Below are positions 41,603-55,181 of a stretch of 64,000 nucleotides of DNA, piece by piece. Within the stretch, counting starts at the first letter, position 1. Each line of letters starts with the position of its first letter. Under the pieces are notes generated by a model. It was given only the letters and a program-made list of their open reading frames with translations, was not told the origin of the DNA and searched no databases. This DNA comes from Octopus vulgaris (Eukaryota). Location of the stretch: contig OX597823.1 in the NCBI GenBank assembly GCA_951406725.2, positions 64,356,001 through 64,420,000 of the forward strand, written 5' to 3'. A program made the position numbers and the translations under genes.

Positions 41603-42048
41603 TGTGCGTGTGTGTATAATTGTTTGAGATCGTATATCTGAATCATTGAGAAATTTGGAAATATGTCTTCTTATAGCATTACTCGAACACAGATGTAACA
41701 ATGATAATGGTACATGACAATATAGGTAGAATTCTGAAATGTAATAAAGGAACGCCCTCTAAATTTAATGACCATTACATTGATTTAAACACCTAACCAG
41801 AGGTGTTTGGGCAATGTAGACATATTAAAAAAAAATCTATTATGAAACTCTTCCCTTATTTAGAACTGCATGAATGAATCAACGTGTGATATTGTTTTGC
41901 ATTCAGTATTTTCTGTCCAAAGTATAAGGTTGAGTGTAGCTGAGGAGTACTAGGATGGTGCACATATGTACATAAAGGGAGCCCATTTTGATACCAGTAG
42001 TGAGCTCACTGATCTCTTTGTAAGTCTCAACAAAAAAGTAGAAGTAAA

Positions 42049-42364
42049 CTAGCACTATGACCCAGCGCACATACACGCGAGTACTGTCCAAATCTCCAAC
42101 CAATCACATACAGCTAGCTGACATTCAATTGGCGTATCAAGTTTCGGGCATTTTGATTGGGTTTTGGATAGAAAATTCACAAAAAAGTCACTTCTATTGA
42201 TTTTTTAATGGCTTTGCAGGGTGACTGGGGAAATGTAAAGGTGTGCACGACCACTCTTGGACGGTTTTAAATGACCATAGAAAGTGCGAGCCCTCTAACT
42301 GAAAAATTGTGGATTTGTATAAAGGACACACACGCAGACATTTTGCCATTTATATATATAGAGA
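42049..42364 (-). mobile_element. Complete non-autonomous Helitron, 316 bp
   Basis: On the minus strand: 5' A|TCtctatata, subterminal GC hairpin (actcgcg...cgctgggt), 3' CTAG|T. No TSD. Confidence 0.72.
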
Positions 42365-42604
42365 TTTCAGAGAAAGTTGTTGTGTACAGGCAGCAGGAGA
42401 CAGAAGTGTAGGGAATACTTAGGGCCTGTGAGGGATGACTATATAAATTATGTTGAAACATCAGAGGCTCTTCCCTCAATGGAAAAAAAAAAATTTAAGG
42501 AATTTTATGATTTACTAATAAAAATCTTTGTACTTACATATACAAATATATATATATTTATATGTAGATACGTGTGCGTGTGTGTGTATATGTGTGTGTA
42601 TATC

Positions 42605-42635
<31 letters not shown>

Positions 42636-44322
42636 AAAATAAATGTGATGTGAAATTTGAACTCTTTACAATCATAACCCATGAAGGCACATGGCCTAGT
42701 GGTTAGAGCAGTGGACTCACGGTCGAGGGATTGCGGGTTCGAATCTCAGACTGGGCAATGTGTGTGTTTATGAGTGAAACACCTAAACCCCACGTGGCTC
42801 TGGCAGAAGGTAATGGCAAACTTCTGCTGACTTTCACCACAACTTTCTCTCACTCTTTCTTCCTGCATCTAGCAGCTCACCTGCTATGGACCAGCGTCCC
42901 ATCTAGGTAGGGAACCTATATGCCAATGAAATTGGGAAACTGGCCCTAATGAGCCAGGCATGGCTTGAGAAGGAACAGACACCAACAACAGCACAATTAT
43001 AACCTACTCTCCCCTAAATACCTGCCAGTTCATAATTATCATCAAATGTACTTCGACCCTTGTTCATCATTCATAACATTTGCACTTCCATCTCTAATTG
43101 TTTTCCTCATACACATTTGCAACTTCTTGATAATTTGCAGATGGAAAGGTGTGTGATTTAAGGCAAATTTAGCTGTTGTTTCTAGCACATCCAACAACCA
43201 CTTGCTACCTTGCTTGTTTCTTTGTCCCTCTGATATGTATTGATATTTTTCAATATTTTCCTCTCCCATAAACACATTTCATGGAAAGAGCAGCTAACCG
43301 GCTTCCGTGCCTGTGGCACATAAAAGGCACCATTCGAGTGTGATCGTAACTAGCATCACCTTACTGGCACTTGTGCCCGTACTAGTAGGGTGCCAAGAGC
43401 ACCATCCGAACGTGATCGTTGCCAGACCAGCCAACTGGCTTCCATGCCGGTGGTACGTAAAAGGGCACCATTCAAGCATGATCGTTACCACTCATTGCTT
43501 AGTGTAAGTGATGAGTGGTAAGAGTATGAAAAAAGGGCCCTGGCATAAAGCTGCTTCCTTCTCTAATGTAGTGCCATTCAGTTGAAGAGGATTTTAGTCT
43601 TATGAGCTACATGGTGACCTCACTAATGCTGGTGTTATAACGAAAGCACCCAATACACTCTGGAAAAGGATTGGCACTAGGAAGGGCATCCAGTCATAGA
43701 AACACACGGTAAAAAGAATATCAACACATTTGAATTTGATGGTTTTTGTAGATTAACATTTCAAGCTTCTACAATGATGATTTAAAATAACTGTCATTCA
43801 CTCTTGGATCATCTTTAATTGTGAAAACATACAAGAAAGGTGTTTAAACCATGAATAGTCTTTTCTTTCTCCAGACAGTGTATCTACAGGAGCATGCTTT
43901 TTAATGTGTCCCTACTATTTTTAAGACAGTAGAACATATTTTGAGGGAGATACAGCTTTTATTTCTATCGGATCAAATAACCACATAAAGATTACTTCTT
44001 TGGTTCATGATTTCCCGTTTTCTGAAAGTTACCGCTTTAATGCATTCTAATCAAATAGAAGCGAGTGAGATATTCAAAGTGGAAAGCCCAGGTGAATTTA
44101 TAGTTCTTTGAAATGTGTTTAGGTTTCTCTTAAGTTAAACTTAATTCCAACAATGAGAAATTCCATTATGGATAAACGATACTTAAATTCTTAATGCATC
44201 ATAGCCAAAGCTAAAAAAGTACATCAAGAGATACAATGTATTCTCAAATAAATCATCTTTATTTAACATCCATTTTAAATGACGATATGTTGAAGAAGGT
44301 ATATATGTATATATGTATAAAC

Positions 44323-44428
<106 letters not shown>

Positions 44429-44609
44429 TTATAAATAAGGATAATATCCATATTTAAATATTGATATTATCAAGTGGCCAGCATGGGAAAAAATACCATA
44501 CAAAGGTAATAATTTTTTAGAACTAAAAATAAGGGTGTCTGAGAGACACCACCATGCCGAAATAGCAGTCAAATCCCTGACTCTAAAAACCACGTTAAAT
44601 GTACATTTA

Positions 44610-44648
<39 letters not shown>

Positions 44649-44675
44649 GTGTGTGTGATTGTGTATAGAAGAATA

Positions 44676-45109
44676 TATTAATAAAAAGAATTCCAACTTT
44701 GTCTGATTTTCACGTTTTATTTACAATCTTATAATGATATATTATAAGATAATATATTATAATTGAATAAAATAAAATGAAATAGTAGAATGTTAAATAT
44801 TCATTCTGATTGAACTAGTACTTTCATGCATTGAATTCTGCAATCTTCGGGTTCATGTAGTAGTGTTGACAGTCATGCTTCACAATTTTTGACAGTCAAA
44901 AATTGTGAAGCATGACTGTCAACACTACTACATGAACCCGAAGATTGCAGAATTCAATGCATGAAAGTACTAGTTCAATCAGAATGAATATTTAACATTC
45001 TACTATTTCATTTTATTTTATTCAATTATAATATATTATCTTATAATATATCATTATAAGATTGTAAATAAAACGTGAAAATCAGACAAAGTTGGAATTC
45101 TTTTTATTA

Positions 45110-45112
<3 letters not shown>
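44676..45112. repeat. Perfect 437-bp palindrome (218-bp arms, 1-nt centre at 44894)
   Basis: ...cacaatttttgac A gtcaaaaattgtg...; the arms were compared by eye with no mismatch seen. Confidence 0.93.
44933..44977 (+). ncRNA. Minimal type I hammerhead motif with CCGAAGA variant core (mirror copy at 44811-44855, minus strand)
   Basis: tgaac CCGAAGA t-tgca-gaattcaa-tgca-t GAAA gtac TA gttca. Confidence 0.62.
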
Positions 45113-45146
<34 letters not shown>

Positions 45147-45227
45147 AGTGGTACAACAATGCACCAATATTTACTGGAAATAGCAGTCGATAATATATGA
45201 CGCTATGGTAAAGCTTCACTGTATATA

Positions 45228-45262
<35 letters not shown>

Positions 45263-45324
45263 ATAAAACGGTAAGATAACAAAAGAAAGAAAGAGACCTC
45301 AATATTATGTAAATAGAGGAAATT

Positions 45325-45558
45325 TATCTATACAATATGTTACATTACTCGGTAGTCAAGATAAAACTCTGAGTTTCAGATGCCGAAGTGGAAATCCACA
45401 ACACCATCTCTTCGGTTATCTGGCTATTTGAAAACGTTATGATTGTGGATTTTGCAATATTTTGCAATATGTTGCAATATGTTGTGGATTTCCACTTCGG
45501 CATCTGAAACTCAGAGTTTTATCTTGACTACCGAGTAATGTAACATATTGTATAGATA
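45325..45558. repeat. Perfect inverted repeat, 79-bp arms, 76-bp spacer
   Basis: 45325-45403 versus 45480-45558. The spacer contains (at.ttgcaat) three times. Confidence 0.92.
45359..45421 (-). ncRNA. Type I hammerhead motif with CCGAAGA variant core
   Basis: agataa CCGAAGA gatg-(gtgttgtggatttccacttcgg)-catc-t GAAA ctc-a-gag TT ttatct. Confidence 0.62.
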
Positions 45559-46609
45559 TATATATATATATATATATTTATATACAGTGAAGCTTTACCA
45601 TAGCCTATATATGCTTTTGTTTGTGGGTGGCAAACATAAAAAATTTCATCTTACCTGTAAGAAGAACATTGCCAGGCAATTTTCACAATAGAGTACCTTG
45701 GTGGACCTTCCAGAATAGCACACCCACATAAGTTGGATGTTCCCCATTTTGATATGGATTTTTCAAATTTTTTTTCCCTCAATTACTTGCAAATCATAAG
45801 TGTGTGTATGTGTGTGTGTGTGTGTGGCAGGGTAGAAAAAGGAGTTTCTTAATAAAAATTTTTTTTGAATATTTAGGAATACTCTTCTCCCCAACCCCAT
45901 CTTCTGGACTGGTTTTGTTCAAATTTTTATGCACTACACATTTAACAATAATGGAAGATGCCCATTTGGTAAAAAAATTTTTTTTTTAATTTGAAAATTT
46001 TTTTCAACACCCGCTCCACAATTAAGAACTGCTTTTGACCAATCTTTTTGTGCTACACACTTAAAAAAAGATGGAAGAAGCTTTGTTGGTAAAAAAAGAA
46101 CAAACAAATTGGGGGGAAATTGGCAATTGCTATTATAATCCCTACTGCCTTTATTTTCAAACAGAAAATGAAATGAAATTTTAAAATAATGGTGAAAATT
46201 CTTATAACATTTTCATTAACCTCTGCTCCTAAAGTTTTGGCTTTTTCTTCATAATATTCTAATTATAGTTTTAAAATATGAGCTGTCCACATCTGCAATT
46301 TGCTTCTGATTATAATTTCAGAATAATTTGCAGATGAAAAGGTGAGTGATTTAAGGCGAATTTAGCTGTTGTTTCTAGCACATCCAACAACCACTTGGTA
46401 CCTTGTTTGTTTCTTTGTCCTTCTGACATGTATTATATTTTGCAATATTTTCCTCTCCCATAAACACATTTTATGGAATGATGATGATGAAAGTTTTGTT
46501 CAGCTCAAGAGTGGTTCATTGCTGGGATTTAAGCAACAGCAAAAACAGAATTTTATAATTTGAATTTTCAACCACCACCCTTCACAAATTGAGTCCGTGT
46601 GTATGTCTC

Positions 46610-47008
46610 TTTTACTCTCTATTACTTGTTTCAGTCATTTAACAGTGGCCATGCTGGAGCACCGCCTTTAGTCGAGCAAATTGACCCCAGGACTTATTCT
46701 TTGTAAGCCTGGTACTTATTCTATCGGCCTCTTTTTGCTGAACCACTAAGTTACGGGGACATAATCACACCAATATCGGCTGTCAAGTGATGTTGGGGGC
46801 ACAAACACAAACACACAAACATATACACACACACATACATATATACGACAGGCTTCTTTCAGTTTCCATCTACCAAATCCACTCACAAGGCTTTGGTCAG
46901 CCCAAGGCTATAGTAGAAGACACTTGTCCAAGGTGCCATGCAGTGGTACTGAACCTGGAACCATGTGGTTCATAAGCAAGCTACTTACCACACAGCCACT
47001 CCTACGCC
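46610..47008 (-). mobile_element. SINE family A, full length
   Basis: Matches 8190-8583. Confidence 0.88.
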
Positions 47009-47139
47009 TGTAAGGCATAGGGGATGTGTGTAAGAAAAATCATTTACTGACAGGAAAGTATGCTACTGAATCACATTTTCTTTTATATACCAGGTTTTCA
47101 AACCACTCTGTTGCCCTAGTGTAATTCCTTACATACATG

Positions 47140-47171
<32 letters not shown>

Positions 47172-48719
47172 TATACACACAGTGATACAAATACACACAC
47201 ACACACACACACACACACATTCAATCAGCATGAGCAATATACCTGCAGAGAGAAAGAGGAGGAGGGGGAGAGAGAGAAAGTGTGGCAAATATATAGAGAG
47301 AGTGGGAAAGTTTAAAATGTGAAAAGCAAAAAATGAAAGAGATAGACAAATAGAGGTCTTTTCTGCTGCTGTCACAGATTTCGAAATTTTAAAATTAAGG
47401 GAAAATTTTCAAATTCATATATTAATGGATTTATTCTTGTTGAATCTGATTTTGGGATTCATTTATTCCAGAAAAAATTTAGAAAAATATTACAGATGTT
47501 TAACCCTTTAGTGTTTAAACCGGCCATATCAAGCCAAAATTGTCTACCTGTTTTATTCTCAAACCAGCCAGCTCTGACCTCTCACACCTACCCTACAAAG
47601 TCATTCTAAAAATAAACAGGAACATCATCAATATCCCAGAGTTACAAGATGCTGTACAATTAATTTAAAATAATGTAATTAAACAGGCTTTACATTTGAC
47701 TGAGTAATCTGAATGCTAAAAGGTTAAAGTTTGATCATTTTTAGCTAATCAGAAAAAAGGACTTGTGCATTGTAGCTGTGCAACATAAAATGGAAATAAA
47801 CATTAAAAGACAAAATTTTAAACAGAATGAAAACAATTACATCATATGAAGAGAGAGTGAGAGGGACAGCATGAGAGAGAAATAATACATATTCTTTTCT
47901 ACACTAGGCACAAGGCCCAAATTTTTTTCTTGTTGATTAGATTGACTCCAGTATGCAACTGGTACTTAAATTATCAACCCTGAAAGGATGAAAAATAAAG
48001 TCAAACTTGGTGGAATTTGAACTCAGAACACGAAGACAGACAAAATACTACTCAGCATTTCACCCGATCTACTAACGTTTCTTATTTCTTTATTGCCCAC
48101 AAGGGACTAAGCATAGAGGGGACAAACAAGGACAGACAAAGTGATTAAGTCGATTACATTGACCCCAGTACTTTATTTATCGACCCTGAAAAGATGAAAG
48201 ACAAAGTTGACCTTGGCGGAATTTGAGCTCATAACGTAACGTTTCTGCCAGCTCGCCGTTTTAGAGAAATAATACATATACCAAGAGATTGATAAAGAGA
48301 GTGGTAAATATATAGAGAGAGGGAAAGGCATAAAAGAGTAGGTGAGAGTGTGTGTGTGTGTGTGTGTGTATGTTCGTGCATGTGTCTGTGCATGTGTGTG
48401 TGTGTGTGTGTGTGCACATGTATTTAATAATAGCCAATAAATGATAGTTGGATGGTTGGTTGGTAGTTTTCCCCAGGATTGAGTCTGGTTCCTCAGCCAT
48501 TCACAGTTTCACAGAGAGTGGGAAATTTGTTGATCTAAAAGTTGAGTCATTTCTCATTGCAAATTATAGTTTTTGATTACTAATTATGGACAACCTTCTC
48601 TTTGAGATGTGAATTTTGAAAATCAAATTCATTTTCCTCAAGGCTGCACCATTTTAGAACCTTTTAAAGCTAAACACATATACATAACCATGCAAACCTA
48701 CATTTATATAGTAGATATA

Positions 48720-48770
<51 letters not shown>

Positions 48771-48859
48771 CTGTACAGAAATTCGGGGTGAGATATAGAT
48801 ATAGATATATACACACATGCACATATATACTTTTATATATATATGTTGAATCAAGTGAA

Positions 48860-49345
48860 ATCATTGTCATGGCCAATGACAGTACTGCCTGATTGGCACC
48901 CATGCTGGTGGCACGTAAAAGCACTATTTGAGCATGGTCGATGCCAGTGGCATCTGACTGGTCTCTTGCTGGTGGCACGTAAAAAGCACCATTTGAATGT
49001 GGTCATTGCCAGTGCTGCTTGACTGGTCACATGCTGGTGCCATGTAAAAAGCACCATTCAAGCATGGTTATTACCATGCCACCTGACTGGCTACCGTACC
49101 GGTGGCACATAAAAGGCAGCATTCAGGCATGGTCAATGCCAGTACTGCCTGACTGGCCCTCATGCTGGTGGCATGTAAAAAGCACCTACTGCACTCTCGG
49201 GGTGGTTGGCATTAGGAAGGGCCCCTAGTTGTAGAATCTTTGCCAAATCAAATTAGAGCCTGGTGCAGCCATCTGGCTTGCCAGTCCTCAGCCAAGCCAT
49301 CCAACCCATGCCAGCATGGAGAGCAGACATTAAACGACGATGATG
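48860..49345 (+). mobile_element. Family D element with five tandem internal units of about 65 bp
   Basis: Units of the form gg.c.atgccagt..c..tgactgg...tgctggtggcacgtaaaaagcacc start near 48871, 48935, 49001, 49066 and 49131. (GAT)n tail. Confidence 0.85.
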
Positions 49346-49686
49346 ATATATATGTATATGTGTATATATATATATATTTAATATCATAAGAAAACTTTTG
49401 AGTGAATGAGAAATAATAATTTTTTTTTAATTTTCTATCTCGAGATAGTTTGTTAATAGAATAGATTGTGGTTATGTTGATAAAACTTACAAAAATATAA
49501 ATAAGCATATTTATTGCAAATATACAAATGAGAAAATTGTTTATTTAATTCTAAGTTACTAAACATATTTCTTTTGAAAATTAGTATTCGTTTCATAGTT
49601 TGGTACAAGCATAATGAAATGTGATAAAAGTTCGTTTATAATTATTGTATGCATGGCATACTTTCTCATGTTATCCATGGTTGTAA

Positions 49687-50745
49687 AGGCACATGGCTGG
49701 ATGGTTAGGGTTATTCAGTTCACAAGTGTAAGGTCATGAGTTCAATGTCTGGCAACATGTTGTGTCCTTGAGCAAGACTCTTTATTTCACATTGATCCAG
49801 TTCACTCAGCTGGCAAAAATGCATTGCACGTGTAATTCAAGGGTGCCAGCCTTGTCACATTCTGTGTTATGCAAGAATATCTATGTATGTATACATGTGG
49901 GCATGTGTGTTTGTGCCTTCTTGTCATGACATCATGTGATATTTCTAAATGTTCATCACTGCCAGACAAGCAGTGCCCTTCATTTCTAATTTTTCTTGCA
50001 AACATATCCAGTTATGGAGAAATATTACTTTACATCACATCATGGTTTCTCAACCATTTTTTTAATCAATGGACCCCTTTGATTTCTATTTCATTCTGGT
50101 GGACCTACATAACCATTTGGTAATTTAAATATAGATACTTCTTTCAAAATTCCTGTTTTGTTTTCCACACACTAACTTGTGTAGGTTGCACTATGTAAAA
50201 TGCTAGAGAAAGAATCCTAGATGCTTCTTGCAATACATACCAATACATACATCTAAAGCAAATTTATTTTCAAGGGCTCTTCTAATACTGTTGTGGATCT
50301 ACAATTTATATCTTGTTGCATAGACCCCAAAAATGTTATATGGACCTTGGTTGAGAACCAGTTATATACATGGAGGCAGTGAGCTGACAGAATTATTAGC
50401 ATGCCAGAAAAAATGCTTAATAGCACTTCGTTTGCCTTTATGTTCTGAGTTCAAATCCCACTGAGGCTGATTTTGCCTTTTCATCCTTTTGGGGGTCGAT
50501 AAAATAAAGTACCAGTTGAACACTGGAGTTAAAGTAATTGACGTACACTCTCACCCTGAAATTGCTGGTCTTGTGCCTAAAATTGAAACAATCATTACCT
50601 TATATAGAAACATGGTAAGGATTGGTGATAGGAGAGGACGTATGGCCACAGAAAATCTGTCTCAATGAATTCTGTCTGACCTATGAAAGCATGGAAAAGT
50701 GGACACTAAAACAATGTTGACAACGACGATGATGAGGATGATGAC
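49687..50745 (+). mobile_element. Old CORE-like SINE interrupted by a hAT-type MITE (about 50040-50363) and a SINE B (50372-50595)
   Basis: Head ...gttgtgtccttgagcaagac. MITE ends tggtttctcaacc and ggttgagaacca. The SINE tail resumes at about 50605. Confidence 0.6.
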
Positions 50746-51947
50746 AATGATGACAACAGCAATGCCAATATATGTTATGAAAATCAAGTTGATTTGGCTC
50801 ACAAGTTTTACTTATAGGCTTGTTCAATTAGTTACAGAATCTTTGTCTGCTAATGATTTTATGTAAGGAAGAAAACTTTGTCAAATATGAAAGGTGTGTG
50901 TAAGGTGGTTTTCTTTGTTTTTTGTCCTTTAGCCCAATTTTCTAGATGTGTGTAGTAGCAGTTATATTACTTCACCCCATTATTAGCTAGTTTGAAATTT
51001 ACTATAAGTAATAGCTTTATTCATCTAAAACTGATTACTTTAAAGTTAGTTTATTCATCGTTTTCATTAAGATTTACACTACTCTTTGAAAAGGCTTCAA
51101 ACGTCTTTAAGTAAGTCAATTGTTCTTATTAGTAAGAGAATCATACAATACTTATAGATTTTCATTTATATACCACATTTGCAATTGATAAGTCTACTAT
51201 ATAGCTACAAATTAGATTCTTATGGAGATCTTAAAAGATATAAACCTATTGCAGTTCTTTCCTTCTTCAGACATATATGTACACAGCAATTATTCTAGGA
51301 ACTACAGACACCATCCCCACACACTTAACACACGTATTTAGAAAGTTAAATACTTTTTCACATGAATTTCATATAACTTTTTTTAGAATATAAACTTTGT
51401 AAACTTTGAAAGCGTCACTCCATTTACAAGATACAGTGATCTGTGCTAAGCTATTGTTTTCAATGTGATCTTATAGTAACATATATCCAATAAACCTTTT
51501 CATCCTTATTTTCATTCTCAGCTTATTTAATATCCCCTTTCTTTTACTGACTTATCTACTTAATCTGAATCTTGAGCTCCACCATTTATTTAGTTTACAA
51601 CCTTCATTGAAATGTTTTAAATAATTTTTGGGACTAAGATTTTCTCCCTATATTAAAACACTAGCAGACAAATTGTAGTCAAGATGGTCTTCATTATAAA
51701 TTTAACTTTACATCAATTATAGTCACATTATTAGTAAATGCTTGTTTGTTATTCTCAAAAGTGCTTTCAAACGATATAATTTTTAACATTTATGTACAAT
51801 AAAATATAGATTTTCAGTTTATACATCATTAATATCTAGGAATACATTTAAATATATTTATCAATGTACATATGTATTAAATGTGTGTGTGTGTGTGTGT
51901 GTTAGTGTATATTTATGTATATGTGTGTGTGTTTGCATATGTATGTA

Positions 51948-51982
<35 letters not shown>

Positions 51983-52344
51983 GATGATGATATATATGTA
52001 TATATGTATCATAATCATCGTCGTCGTCATCATTTAATGGCTGTTTTCTATGCCAGCATGGGGTGGATGATTTGGCTAGAACTGGCAAGCTGGAGAGCTG
52101 CACCAGATTCCAGTCGTGTGTTTTTAATTGGTTTCTATGGCTGGATACTCTTCCTAATGCCAAGAACTTTACAGAATGTACTGGGTGTTCTTTATAAGGT
52201 GCCAGATAAAAAGGACAGGTGTTTTTTATGTGGTGTTGCACTGGTACATTTTACATAGCACCAGCACCAACAAGTAACTTGTAATATGAAATCCCCTTTA
52301 GCTTGGAGGGGAGCATTAACTAAGGGAGTTTAGGATATTATATA

Positions 52345-52890
52345 TACAGTAATACCTAACTTTGTGAGGACCCACTTTACGAGATCCCAGGTTTACAAGT
52401 TTTATTTTACTATAAGTATAAAAAGGTTAAATAGCCATTCTGTGTGTGGCAATTTCACAAAAGTTTCTACTACCATAACAAATGCTTCTGCATGTTTCCA
52501 AACAAATTATAGAGTGTGAAAAAAGCTGCTTCTAAGCAAACAAATCTAGACTTGTCTTTTAAAAAGAAATCTACAAGTGTGTCTACAAGTGCTTGTGATT
52601 CGGTGATTGCATCTACAAGTGATGGTGTGCATGAGACTAGTGCAAGTGAAAGTAATTCAGAAAGTGATTATGATAATATTTTGTATTATAAATGATCTTG
52701 ACATTCTTTTTATTTTACATAAAATATTCTTTACATTTTACTGTTGTTTATTGTCATTTATTTATGAGTATTATAAACTTTATTGGTAGAATATATTTCT
52801 AGGAATGAATTACGATTTATGATATTGTTACAATGGGAAATTATTGCTCTGCTTTATGAGTTTTCACTTTACAAGCAGGCTCTGAGAACA
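52345..52890. mobile_element. Decayed pogo/Tigger-like MITE
   Basis: TA|cagtaatacctaacttt start, with repeated cacttta(c/t)(g/a)ag subterminal motifs near both ends. Confidence 0.4.
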
Positions 52891-52915
52891 AATTAACTCA
52901 TATATATATGAGTTA

Positions 52916-52946
<31 letters not shown>

Positions 52947-53006
52947 GTGTGTGTGTGTGTGTGCATGCACGTATGTGTGTGCATTACATACACACACACA
53001 CACGCG

Positions 53007-53048
<42 letters not shown>

Positions 53049-53740
53049 GACAGACAGACAGATGTGAATATGTGTATTGTGTATATGTGTGTGAGTATGT
53101 GTATAGGTATGGTCAATATTCAATCCTTCACTTTCTCTCTCACATAACTTTCAACTTTTTCCTTCCTCTATCAGTCTTTGTTAACTTCTCACTATCACTC
53201 TCTCTTCTCTTTGCTCCCACAGTCATCTTTTCTTTGAACAGAGAGAGACAACTTAGAGTAGTCTTGCAATAGACAAGTAACTTCTCTAGTGTTGGTGCTA
53301 TGACAAATTTTATGCAATACTTCCTGTAAGTTGGCTGGTGAATGTATAGAAACAATATAGAGTAGAGAGGACTGTTTAGTCTTGCTGAATACATGACCAT
53401 CTCTCCAATTCCCTCAGTACTCCCTGACGAGCAAGAACATAGAGCTGTAGAAGCGAAGCTCAAATAGAATGTAGGAATAAAGGGCAGCAACTTGAATAAG
53501 ATCTGGCTCCGATGATGGCAACTCATGGAATTTATACCAGTATTAAAAGTAGATGTAAAATGATAATGACAATGATGATGATGATATTCAGTTGCCCAAT
53601 GCTGAAGCTTTTCTCAAAAGCTACCCTAAGCTTTCCACTTTCCTTTTCTGCCTTTCAAAATTTCATTTGGCTGCTGTGAAAATGAAAACGGGAGACTACT
53701 AAAAGTAGTAAAGAATAAAAACTCAGTTGAAAAGAAAATG

Positions 53741-53825
<85 letters not shown>

Positions 53826-53861
53826 TTGCTGCTGCTACTGCTGCTGCTGCTGCTGCTGCTG

Positions 53862-53909
<48 letters not shown>

Positions 53910-54790
53910 TATGCATGAATTTTTCTTTTTGTCTGTTTGTAAATACAAACACATACAACACTTCTAGATCCATACATACACTTATACAAACGTGCACATT
54001 TTCATGCATACATGCAAATATCAATGCTCGTGTGTGTAAGTCTGTATATATACGTATATATGTGTATGTGTGTGTATAAATATATATATATATATATATA
54101 TATAAATATATATAAGGATATGCTGTGATCTTTTCAAAGATATCTCATGTAACCCACTCCTCCATGTTTTGTGTCTGGTATTTATATGTATTTGTGTGTA
54201 CATGCCATGTATAAGTATGTGCCTGCTGTATGATTACTGTGCATGCATGCATGTATATGTGTGTGTGTGTCTGTGTGTGTGTGTGTCTGTGTGTGTGTGT
54301 CTGTGGTATTAGTGGTGCTGGTGCTGTGCATGTTTATATCCATGAGACATTATCATGTGTGTGCCTGCATGTGATTTTAGCTTTGCTGCAAAACACATGT
54401 ATGCATGTATTTGCGTGTGTGTGTGTGTGTTTATGTGTGTGTATGTGTGTGTGTGTGTGTGTGTGTTCATGTATATGCTTTTGTTGCTGTAGATTTTCTT
54501 CCGGGTAGATAACAGTTTGGAACCGTTCCTATTGCCCGTCTGTTTTTTGTCTTAGATTTTTTGATAATGTCATTCAGTTTTATCTCCGTTTGTCTATTAT
54601 TGCACATGTACACATGAACAGTATGTACATCTGTGCTTGCATGAGTGCATGCATATCTATACATGTCCCTGTACATATAATTATAGCTGCACATTATATA
54701 TATACATACATACATGCATATATATATATTTACATGTATAGATATATATATATATATATATGTGTGTGTATATATATATGTACATATATA

Positions 54791-54834
<44 letters not shown>

Positions 54835-55143
54835 ACACAAACGCAGGCACATACATGCATATGCGTGTCCATGTACATGCAATCTTGTATAACATTAGTG
54901 AAACAAAAGTAGCATAGAAATGCAATTATGCACACCCTAAAATGACAATGCTGCACGCACTTAAAGAATGCGAGGATGAGATAGAAACTCAGATGAAGCT
55001 GCTGGAAGCACGATGGTGGTGGTGGTGATGGTGATGATGGTAGTGATGACGATGATGATGAAGATGATGTTGATGATGATGACGATGTCGATGCTGATGA
55101 TAATGATGTTAATACTTAAGCATAATTGCTAAGCAATACAAAA

Positions 55144-55181
<38 letters not shown>

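Noticed and set aside
44530-44578. Hammerhead-like ctgaga...ccGAAAtagcagTC
   Set aside because: The core is one base short and stems II and III are unpaired; too degenerate to call.
48870-49200. CRISPR-like regularly spaced repeats
   Set aside because: The linkers are homologous to each other, the array lies inside a SINE-like element, the DNA is eukaryotic and there are no cas genes.
53140-53526. 128-aa ORF as a host gene
   Set aside because: No recognisable domain and no consistent splice signals.
53738-53890. Poly-Thr/Ala mucin- or antifreeze-like ORF
   Set aside because: It is a compound (ACT)n(GCT)n microsatellite with no signal peptide or gene context.
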